A DNA stretch of 64,000 nucleotides from Gammaproteobacteria bacterium Ga0074134 (lineage in GTDB: Bacteria > Pseudomonadota > Gammaproteobacteria > Ga0077554 > Ga007554). The first letter of the stretch is position 1. Each line of letters starts with the position of its first letter. The stretch is taken from the NCBI GenBank assembly GCA_001464965.1, contig LNEJ01000056.1:1186-65185 (forward strand). Direction: 5' to 3'. Positions 1 to 7,750 of this stretch are shown in pieces. The position numbers were made by a program, and so were the translations under genes. Under the pieces are notes generated by a model. The model saw nothing but the letters and a program-made list of their open reading frames with translations, did no database searches and was not told the origin of the DNA.

Positions 1-428
1 GATCGGCCCGCGCCGTAGGGTCGGCAGTGACTACTGCCGGGGCAGACGCAGCCTGGACTACGGCCTGAGCCGGCGTGGGCGCCGGCGTTTGCACGGGGAC
101 AGGCACATCAGCCTGGCTTGCCACTGGCGCCGCCGAGGACACGACTGGCACTGTCTGAGGCGGCAAAGCCTTTTGCATAACCTCCGGCGGCGGAGCACTG
201 CGGGGGATGGGTAACTGGGCGGGAACAGGCGGGACAGGGGTGATCTGCTCGGCTGCGGCGAGCGACACATCCCACTCGAACGGCGGCGGTTCGATGGGCC
301 TGGCAAGAGCAAACACGGCGGCAATCACCAGACCGCCCACCACGCCGTGGAAGGCCAGCGATACCCCCCAGCCGTTGATATGGCCGCGCCGGGGAATGAT
401 TCCATCTTCAGGGTAAACCGCGCTCACG
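1..428 (-). CDS. tonB: TonB (partial, runs off the window start). It begins with GTG at ~428, overlapping the exbD stop in GTGA. It has an N-terminal transmembrane helix followed by a Pro-rich spacer.
   Basis: I translated the minus strand from 428 by hand. It gives VSAVYPEDGIIPRRGHINGWGVSLAFHGVVGGLVIAAVFALARPIEPPPFEWDV...PVPPVPAQLPIPRSAPPPEV.., a typical TonB N-terminus with TM helix and proline-rich region. It sits directly downstream of exbB-exbD. The ORF track lacks it because there is no stop inside the window. Confidence 0.75.
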
Positions 429-798
429 AACGCTCCACCTGCAAACTGACCTTGCTATAACCGAGGCCCTTCACCGTATCCACCAGCGTAACGAACCGCT
501 CCAGCGGCGTGGCACGGTCGGCCCGCACCACCACGGCGGTTTCCTTGGCATAGGCGCCCAGCGCGGCGCCCAGACCGTCCATGCTGATGGCCTGCTGATT
601 CAAAAACAGCGCCCCGTCGTTTTTGAGGGTAAGCACCACAGGTTGCTCGATCGCGGCTGTAGCGTGCTTGGCCTTGGCCAGATCGATGGGAATCTGACCG
701 GTGGAGATGAACGTGGCGGTGGTGAGCACGATCACCAGCAGCACCAGCATCACATCCACCAGGGGGATGACGTTGATCTGGTCGAGATCACGCTCCAC
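424..798 (-). CDS. exbD: Biopolymer transport protein ExbD/TolR
   Basis: 124 aa with NVIPLVDVMLVLLVIVL, the single-TM signature of ExbD/TolR. It overlaps exbB and precedes tonB. Confidence 0.85.
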   Translation of the reverse strand: MERDLDQINVIPLVDVMLVLLVIVLTTATFISTGQIPIDLAKAKHATAAIEQPVVLTLKNDGALFLNQQAISMDGLGAALGAYAKETAVVVRADRATPLERFVTLVDTVKGLGYSKVSLQVERS

Positions 799-1216
799 GG
801 CGCACGTCCTCGTAGCGGCTGAGCAGCTCCTTCACCCGCCGCCGCAGCACGTTGTTCAGCGCCACGCAAGGAATGGCGACTACCAACCCCATCGCCGTGG
901 CCTTGAGCGCCATGCTCAGACCCACCATGATGGAGCGCACGTCCATGGTGCCCTGCGTGCCCATGGTGTGAAACGTCACCATGATGCCGAACACCGTGCC
1001 GAGCAGGCCGATATAAGGCGCGTTCGCCGCGATGGTACCGATCACCGTGAGGCGGCGCGTCAGCTCGGTCTCAAGCGCCTGCGCGCTGGCGAACGCCAGC
1101 ACATCTACGCGGCGGTATAGCGACCAGCGCTCCACCGCCACCGCTACCGCCCAGACACTGAGCAGCAGCAGCAGGCCAATCACACCATAATCGACAACAT
1201 TAGACAGAAGAGACAT
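788..1216 (-). CDS. exbB: MotA/TolQ/ExbB proton-channel protein. The likely start is MSLLSNVV at 1216; the listed ORF start at 1249 is an N-extension.
   Basis: Three TM segments and the conserved TolQ/ExbB motif GLLGTVFGIM..F. It is first in an exbB-exbD-tonB cluster. Confidence 0.85.
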   Translation of the reverse strand: MSLLSNVVDYGVIGLLLLLSVWAVAVAVERWSLYRRVDVLAFASAQALETELTRRLTVIGTIAANAPYIGLLGTVFGIMVTFHTMGTQGTMDVRSIMVGLSMALKATAMGLVVAIPCVALNNVLRRRVKELLSRYEDVRRGA

Positions 1217-1244
1217 AGAACGTTTGCCACACACCACAAAGATA

Positions 1245-1270
1245 GACAATGAGAATCATAATCATTATCT
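1245..1270. promoter_or_regulatory. Putative Fur box (iron box) about 30 bp upstream of the exbB start
   Basis: The plus strand reads gacaatgagaatcataatcattatctatc. It contains a perfect aatcattatc plus gaCaatgaGaatcat, matching the GATAATGATAATCATTATC consensus. The position is right for repressing exbB-exbD-tonB. Confidence 0.5.
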
Positions 1271-1362
1271 ATCCTGAGGTCAATTGACAATTATCCCAAT
1301 AACGACGGCTGGACGGGGCGTGTAATCCAGCCCATGCGAACTCGCAGTTCAGCACTCCGCCA

Positions 1363-2955
1363 CTATTGGGCCTCGACCAACCCCGCACTCCCCCAACCAT
1401 CGCCTGCCAGATAACGATTGGCGTGAATACTGGTGCGAGTACCATTGCTTTGGCTCCATACCGCCAAGGCGTTGCCGGCACTATCCATTGCAATCTGGGG
1501 AGATAAAGCATTTCCCATGCCGTTGGTTTCAATCAATCCCGGCGTTCCCCACCCTGTTCCGCCAGCGGCATCGAAACGATTACTCCATATGCTGTAGTGC
1601 GCGCCATCCCACTGTCGCCATACGGCCAGGGCATTTCCCGCACCGTCAAGAGCGGCCTGAGGTGTTAGCGCATGCCCATCATCATGCTCGATGATCCGAG
1701 CCACTTGCCAGACGCCTGCAACATAGCGGTTAGACCAGATGTTTTTCCAGGGGGGAATGTTATCGTGGGGATTATTGTCGAAATATTGCTCCCAGACCAC
1801 CAGCGCATCGCCATTGCCCATCATGGCAATCCGTGGCGCGGCGGCCGCCCAGTTGGCGTCGCTCTCGAGACGTGCTTGTGCTTGCCAGCCTGATCCCGTG
1901 ACATAGCGGCTGGCGTAGATATGATTTGACTGCGCCCATACCGCCAAGGCATTGCCATTGGCATCCATGGCAAGATGGGGAGTATCGACATTTCCGCTGA
2001 CGAGCGGGTTGTTGCTGGGGTCGGCCGGGATTACTGAATTATCGCTGACCAGGGACGCCCCGCCCCACCGCTGGCTTGCCGCATCATAACGATTGGCCCA
2101 AAGGTTATAGCGTTTCTGCTGTACGCTATCGTACTGACCGGGTATCACACTGCTGGCCGCCATTTGCCGCCATACCGCCACGAAATTGCCTTTGCCATCC
2201 GCGGCCATCTGAGGTGAATTGGCGTCTGCCGTATTGGCCTCGATCGTATCAGGGGTCGCACCCCATTTCCCCGCAACGGCATCATAGCGATTGGCTCTGA
2301 TATTTTTGCGCACGCCATCGGACTGCTCCCATACGGCCACGAAATTGCCTGCGCCATCCGCGGCAATGTGCGGGTTACTGGCATCATGCGCTGTGAGTTT
2401 GCACTGTGAACCCAGCTCAACGACGATGGCGCTATTATCGGTCTCGATTTGCCAAACCCCGCCCCATTGCTGCTTGATGGCATCATATCGATTGGCCCAA
2501 ATACCGCCGGCGGCGACCTTGGCAGCCTCGCAATGGGGAGGCAATTTACTCTCATCTATTTCAGTAGTGGGATCATCCAAGACTTCGACCTTAGCCCTAA
2601 CAACTTCAATGTGGTGCCAAACGGCAATCGCATTGCCAGCGGCATCGACGGCGATCTGGGGTAGATCGGCATCCCCAGCGCTGTCATTCTCGATCATCTG
2701 TGGACTGCCCCAGCCGGAGCCAGCCACGTAACGATTAGCCCAGATATTCTTGTGTGCGCCATCGAACTTGGACCATACCGCAAAGGCATTGCCCTTGCCA
2801 TCGACTGCGATTTGCGGGTCATATGATGTATTGGCGACGACCCCAGTATAGCCAGGTACCGGACCGATCTGCGGCTGTTCCTTATCGCCCCCGCCGCATG
2901 CGGCAATAATAGCGCCCGAGAGCAGAAGCACCGGGACTTTGAAACCAACTCGCAT
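1363..2955 (-). CDS. Tandem-repeat lipoprotein A. A signal peptide with lipobox LSGAIIAAC precedes eight copies of a ~46-aa repeat: PQIAxDxxGNAxAVW-QxDG----IWANRY-AGxGWG---xIExD.
   Basis: The start MRVGFKVPVLLLSGAIIAACGG at 2955 lies inside the listed ORF. The repeats are visible by eye. The gene is a paralogue of the next gene and is the right size for an 8-bladed beta-propeller. Confidence 0.7.
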   Translation of the reverse strand: MRVGFKVPVLLLSGAIIAACGGGDKEQPQIGPVPGYTGVVANTSYDPQIAVDGKGNAFAVWSKFDGAHKNIWANRYVAGSGWGSPQMIENDSAGDADLPQIAVDAAGNAIAVWHHIEVVRAKVEVLDDPTTEIDESKLPPHCEAAKVAAGGIWANRYDAIKQQWGGVWQIETDNSAIVVELGSQCKLTAHDASNPHIAADGAGNFVAVWEQSDGVRKNIRANRYDAVAGKWGATPDTIEANTADANSPQMAADGKGNFVAVWRQMAASSVIPGQYDSVQQKRYNLWANRYDAASQRWGGASLVSDNSVIPADPSNNPLVSGNVDTPHLAMDANGNALAVWAQSNHIYASRYVTGSGWQAQARLESDANWAAAAPRIAMMGNGDALVVWEQYFDNNPHDNIPPWKNIWSNRYVAGVWQVARIIEHDDGHALTPQAALDGAGNALAVWRQWDGAHYSIWSNRFDAAGGTGWGTPGLIETNGMGNALSPQIAMDSAGNALAVWSQSNGTRTSIHANRYLAGDGWGSAGLVEAQ

Positions 2956-2990
2956 GATCGCGCCCTTAAAACAAGATGTGAAATCGCTCA

Positions 2991-4766
2991 TCAAAAACGG
3001 CGTTGCCAGATGCTCCAGCGCGAACCGCCACGCTGGCGCCACACGGAGATGACATTGCCGCCATTACTGATAGCAGGCTGGGGATCATGAGCATCCCCAG
3101 CGTCATTTTCCTCTGCAAGTGCCGCGACACTCCAACCGCCCGCCGTATAACGATTGGCCCAGATGTTCCAGTGGACGCCGTCGTACTGGCTCCACATCGC
3201 AACGGCATCACCATTGCCATTGAGGGAGACAGCCGGCTCACTGGCATCGCCTGCATTATCGGTTTCGATAAGCGCCTCTCCTGCCCAGGCATTCTGCACA
3301 GAGCTAAAACGGTTCGCCCAGATGTTATGCCGTGCGCCATCGAATTGCCGCCAAACCGCAATCGCGTCACCATTGGCATTAATGGCTATCTGCGGGGCAT
3401 TCACATCCCCCCTATTATCCTTTTCCATGAGTGCTGCCGTACCCCAGGCACCTGACACATAACGATTCGACCAGATGCTATAACGGCCGCTGCTGTCTGC
3501 CTGCCGCCACACGGCAATCACATTACCGCCGCTATCCTGAACAATTTGAGGGTCGAGCGCTGCGCCCTCATCGGCATGCTCGACGAGCACAGGCGCGGCG
3601 GCCCAGGCAACGCCAGCGTAGCGGTTGGCATAAATATTGGTCATAAGCGTGCCATCCGCCAATGCGATAGTTTGCTGCCATAGAACAACGGCATTACCCG
3701 AACTATCGATGACAGCGCGCGGCTGCTCCGCGTTGTGCCCTTTAAGGTTATCCTCTTCGAGCCTTTCAGGACCGCTCCACACCCCGCCAGAATATCGGCT
3801 GGCGACAACACTCCCTACGTTATACCGATCCTGGCCCTGCTGACTAGAAGGATTACAATTAGTAGCAACAGGAGCACCAGCCGCCGTGCAGAATGGGCCG
3901 TCCAGCTGGTGCCACACGATGATTGCCTGACCAGTTGCACTTACCGCCACCTGGGGAGTGTCCGCATTGACCAACACTTCCGTTGCACTGGCATTTATGG
4001 CTTTAATAAGGGTGGCCGCACCCCATTGCCCCGTGATTGCGTCGTAATGGCTGGCCCAGATGCTGGAAACGGGGAAAGAGAGGCTGTCATCGTGCTGCTG
4101 CCAGACCACCCAGGCATCACCACCAGGCGTCATGGCAATCTGAGGATTACGGGCATCGCCCTTGCCGCTGCTGACATCCTCCACCCTGGCATCCCACTCA
4201 GCGCGATCCGCCGCATAACGCCGTGCCTTAATTTTCCAGTAATGGTTCACACTGTCCCATTGCTGCCACACGGCGAGCGCATTGCCATCAGCATCCATGG
4301 CAATGCGTGGCACCTCGGCGTCCCCCGTATCATCCCTTTCAAGCAGCGCCACCCCTGGCGTAAAACTCCAGGTATACGGCGCCACCAAGGCATTGCCTGC
4401 GGCATCCTTCGCAGCGGTGGTAATGGTCACCGTATAAAGTTTATTTAGATCGAGATCCCCTGCCGGGGTAAAAACCGCGGTTTTATACGTATAACTTACG
4501 GTGCCCGCAACCGGTTTGCCGTCAGCACTCACGGCAAAGGTTGCCGTGGTGAGCGTGGCAGGATTCATATCCTCGGAGAATGTAGCGGTGATCGTAGTAT
4601 GCGAGGGTCCCAGCTTCACGCTATCGAGGGGGGTGGTGGCAATGACTGCCGGGGCAGTCGCATCAACAGACGATGGCGCTATTTCATCCTTCCCCCTTAA
4701 ACAGGCGGAAAGAAACAGGCTGAACAGCACCGCAACGAGCAACATATGCCCTGAACTCGTCCGCAT
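2991..4766 (-). CDS. Tandem-repeat lipoprotein B. It has a lipobox (FLSAC), an N-terminal Ig-like (SbsA/Big-type) domain, and eight copies of the same ~46-aa repeat as gene A.
   Basis: The start MRTSSGHMLLVAVLFSLFLSAC follows a GGAGGG ribosome-binding site at ~4770. Residues ~60-150 read like a bacterial Ig-like domain (TVSYTYKTAVFTPAGDL..YTVTITTAAKDAAGNAL). The rest is the GNAxAVWxQ...IWANRY repeat. Confidence 0.7.
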   Translation of the reverse strand: MRTSSGHMLLVAVLFSLFLSACLRGKDEIAPSSVDATAPAVIATTPLDSVKLGPSHTTITATFSEDMNPATLTTATFAVSADGKPVAGTVSYTYKTAVFTPAGDLDLNKLYTVTITTAAKDAAGNALVAPYTWSFTPGVALLERDDTGDAEVPRIAMDADGNALAVWQQWDSVNHYWKIKARRYAADRAEWDARVEDVSSGKGDARNPQIAMTPGGDAWVVWQQHDDSLSFPVSSIWASHYDAITGQWGAATLIKAINASATEVLVNADTPQVAVSATGQAIIVWHQLDGPFCTAAGAPVATNCNPSSQQGQDRYNVGSVVASRYSGGVWSGPERLEEDNLKGHNAEQPRAVIDSSGNAVVLWQQTIALADGTLMTNIYANRYAGVAWAAAPVLVEHADEGAALDPQIVQDSGGNVIAVWRQADSSGRYSIWSNRYVSGAWGTAALMEKDNRGDVNAPQIAINANGDAIAVWRQFDGARHNIWANRFSSVQNAWAGEALIETDNAGDASEPAVSLNGNGDAVAMWSQYDGVHWNIWANRYTAGGWSVAALAEENDAGDAHDPQPAISNGGNVISVWRQRGGSRWSIWQRRF

Positions 4767-5503
4767 GGACCCTCCCTCAAAATGTAGAAAATATTGTTTT
4801 TGTATCTCGCAAGTGTCTATCCATGGCGCATGGCCTGTCAATATACTCCCTGCTTTATCCTAACGACGATTGGAACCATAGCGACGACGATTTTGTGTAC
4901 TAGGCAGTCACAGCAGCGTCCAACCGCCACTTTTAACCCGAATGTTTCATGAATTCGCGCGATGATCACGCAGAATTTGGATTGATAGGGGAATTTTGTG
5001 AAGGAGCGCCGTAGTGATTCATACACCCGACTGAACAAAATTCACATAGTAGTCAAAAGACCAGGGAGGGCGCGCGTTAATTTATGAAATATTCGGGTTA
5101 GGTTAAATTCGCCCCCGATCAATCGTCAGGATACACCCCGTACCGGCCCATACCGGGGAACAATCAAGCATGGCCCCGGCTCAACCGCCTTGGTCTCTCG
5201 CCACGCTTTCATCCAACGTAGATTGACAGGGCTATGTGGGATCGCCTTTGAAAACATAGAATAAAGCATAACAGGGACATAGACGCGACATGCCGTGATA
5301 TTTATGCAAGAATTCCGCTGTTAAGGAAGCTCTGAATAATTCCATCCTGGAATTCTCAGAGCACGAAAAGCAAAAAATGTGATTTTTGCTTTTCTTCATT
5401 TTTCAATCACTTGCCGTGATCGAAAAATGCCGGCACCTCCATGTGCCGAGGAGCCTCTGAATAAATCAGAGGTTCCTTAAATGAACTTGCATGGGAATAC
5501 CCA

Positions 5504-6622
5504 ATGATCGTCATACTTAAACCGAATATAGACAAGTCCGGCGCGGAATATCTCGCCCTGATGGAGTCCCTCAGCAATCTGCCGAATATCCAGATCCGGC
5601 GGCATGAGGAAACAGGCGCGCAACAAGTGTTGACTGAGCTCTATCTGATCGGCAATACCTCTGTGCTCTCAAAGGAGGACATTCAGGCCCTGCCCGGCGT
5701 GGAGCGCGTGGTGCGCATTTCCGAGGAATACCGGATTCTGGGAAGACACAAGGACGACGGACGCGCGACGCACTTTGATTACAATGGCGTGCGTTTCGGA
5801 CAAGACACGCTCAATATCTTCGCCGGCCTGTGCGCCGTCGACAATCCGCAGCATGTCGAAGCAATGATGAAGGCGCTGCGCGACAACGGCCAGGTCTGCA
5901 CGCGTATGGGCGCTTACAAGCCGCGCACCAATCCCTACTCTTTCCAGGGACACGGCAAGGCCTGCCTGCCCTATGTATTCGAACTCGCGGGCAAATACGG
6001 CATCCAGGTCATCGCGATGGAAGTGACGCACGAATCGCACGTCAATGAAATCCGGGACGCACTGGAACAAACCGGCAACCCCACTGGCGTCATGCTGCAA
6101 ATCGGCACGCGCAACACCCAGAACTTCGAGCTGCTCAAAATCGTCGGACGGCAACTGGAATTCCCTGTGCTGCTCAAACGCGGCTTCGGCATTACGCTCG
6201 AGGAATCGCTGAATGCCGCCGAATACCTGGCCAGCGAGGGCAACCGCAAGGTGGTATTCGGCCTACGCGGCATGAAAACCAATGCGGGCGATCCGCACCG
6301 CAACTTTGTGGATTTCGCCCATGTACCCGTGATCAAACGCCTGACGCGCATGCCGGTATGCATCGACCCCTCGCACTCCGTCGGCACGCGCGACCGCGCC
6401 CCTGACATGATACTCGACATCATGCATGTGACGGCACAAGGCGTCCTCGCCGGGGCAAACATGATACTGGTGGATTTTCACCCCGCCCCCGCCAAGGCGC
6501 TGGTGGATGGCCCGCAGGCGCTGTTGCTGGAGGAACTACCCTACTTTATTGAAGATGTCAGGATTGCACGGCAGGCCTACGAGGCACGCACTGCGCTTGC
6601 TGGAAAATTTCAGGTGACGTAA
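5504..6622 (+). CDS. 3-deoxy-7-phosphoheptulonate (DAHP) synthase, type Iβ (KDO8P-synthase-like core with an N-terminal regulatory domain)
   Basis: Motifs GAYKPRTNPYSFQG, IGTRN, LLKRGFG and CIDPSHS match the DAHPS/KDO8PS class-I family. A ~90-aa N-terminal extension is typical of Iβ enzymes. Confidence 0.6.
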   Translation: MIVILKPNIDKSGAEYLALMESLSNLPNIQIRRHEETGAQQVLTELYLIGNTSVLSKEDIQALPGVERVVRISEEYRILGRHKDDGRATHFDYNGVRFGQDTLNIFAGLCAVDNPQHVEAMMKALRDNGQVCTRMGAYKPRTNPYSFQGHGKACLPYVFELAGKYGIQVIAMEVTHESHVNEIRDALEQTGNPTGVMLQIGTRNTQNFELLKIVGRQLEFPVLLKRGFGITLEESLNAAEYLASEGNRKVVFGLRGMKTNAGDPHRNFVDFAHVPVIKRLTRMPVCIDPSHSVGTRDRAPDMILDIMHVTAQGVLAGANMILVDFHPAPAKALVDGPQALLLEELPYFIEDVRIARQAYEARTALAGKFQVT

Positions 6623-6629
6623 ATACCAC

Positions 6630-6659
6630 TTGACAAATATGGGAATGTAATATTAGTAT
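6630..6659 (+). promoter_or_regulatory. Candidate sigma-70 promoter for the DUF2892 gene (TTGACA, 15-18 nt spacer, TATTAG/TAGTAT)
   Basis: TTGACA at 6630-6635 is followed at appropriate spacing by an AT-rich -10-like hexamer. GGAGG precedes the ATG at 6692. Confidence 0.35.
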
Positions 6660-6691
6660 TTCATGTAACTCTTATCAATAGGAGGCGCGCC

Positions 6692-6907
6692 ATGAAACGC
6701 AATGTCGGAAACATTGATCGCATAGTGCGTGTTGTTGCAGGGCTGGGCTTGATCAGCTTGGTGTTTGTCGGACCCCAGACACCTTGGGGATGGCTCGGGA
6801 TCATCCCAATCGCAACGGCACTCATCGGCTGGTGTCCTGCTTACACGTTGTTGGGAATCAACACATGCCAGGCACATACAGATGCCGGGCACCCCAAAGC
6901 CGGCTAA
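6692..6907 (+). CDS. DUF2892 (YgaP-like) small inner-membrane protein
   Basis: 71 aa with N-terminal NVGNIDRIVRVVAGLGL, two TM helices and the GWCPAY motif characteristic of DUF2892. Confidence 0.6.
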   Translation: MKRNVGNIDRIVRVVAGLGLISLVFVGPQTPWGWLGIIPIATALIGWCPAYTLLGINTCQAHTDAGHPKAG

Positions 6908-6972
6908 GAACCCGTTCTAAGAAGCTACGCGCTTCGAGAGGGCATGCCAAGGATGGCAAGCCCTCCTCGCTT

Positions 6973-7638
6973 TCAATCACTCACCACGTCCACCCCTTTG
7001 GGCGGGACAAACACGAATGTCTTTGCCTCGATAACAGGGTTGCGCTGCAAGTTGCTGAATTTTAATTGCGTGGTTTGGCCAAAGCTGTCGGTTATATCCA
7101 TCATGCGCAGGTCGCGCTGATCGAATCCCAACTTGACCCGCTCAAATTCCTTCTCCTTTGCCTTCGAAATCAGCTCAACCCACTCAAGGCCGTCGCGCGG
7201 CGGCAGGCTGGAGATCACGAAATCCTGCTCCAATGGCCGGGTGCCGCTGAGCAGTTGCGCAGGGGTGCCGCCGAGCGCGGCGTCCAGGGGTTTGACTGTC
7301 ACCTGTTCCAGATCGGTATCGTACACCCAGATTTTGCGCCCATCCGCAACGATCACCTGCTGATAGGGCGCGCGGTAATCCCAGCGGAACTTTCCGGGGC
7401 GCTGCAGGGCAAAGGTGCCTTTTGCCTCTTGTATGACCTTGCCTTTGGCATCGGTGACTGTCTGCTGGAAGTCGGCGCGCAGGCTTTTCACCTCAGAGAA
7501 AAAGCGCTGCAGGCGCTCGTCATTAGTAGCACCCGCAGCATGCGCGCCGGACGCCGTCAACAAGCATCCTGCAAGGCAGACCATCAGGACAGCTGTCTTC
7601 CAAAGAGATGGGAATAATGTTTCGTTTTGTGATTGCAT
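6973..7638 (-). CDS. lolA: Outer-membrane lipoprotein carrier protein LolA. The start is probably MQSQ.. at 7638; the listed 7677 is an extension.
   Basis: Signal peptide AVLMVCLAGCLLTASGAHA, then the LolA-like core. Conserved position immediately downstream of ftsK. Confidence 0.8.
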   Translation of the reverse strand: MQSQNETLFPSLWKTAVLMVCLAGCLLTASGAHAAGATNDERLQRFFSEVKSLRADFQQTVTDAKGKVIQEAKGTFALQRPGKFRWDYRAPYQQVIVADGRKIWVYDTDLEQVTVKPLDAALGGTPAQLLSGTRPLEQDFVISSLPPRDGLEWVELISKAKEKEFERVKLGFDQRDLRMMDITDSFGQTTQLKFSNLQRNPVIEAKTFVFVPPKGVDVVSD

Positions 7639-7750
7639 GGTATCCACTAAGCCGTCGTTAAAAATTAGTCTGTACATTTAGAATGGTGGGAATGGCATAA
7701 GGGGCCGTAAAGGCTTAACCAGAAAAGCATTGGTTATTCCTTAACGGCCC

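Noticed and set aside
58-324. 88-aa minus-strand ORF listed at the window start
   Set aside because: It is out of frame with the true tonB reading frame, which I confirmed by hand translation from the GTG at 428. The Arg/Pro-rich product is a frame artefact.
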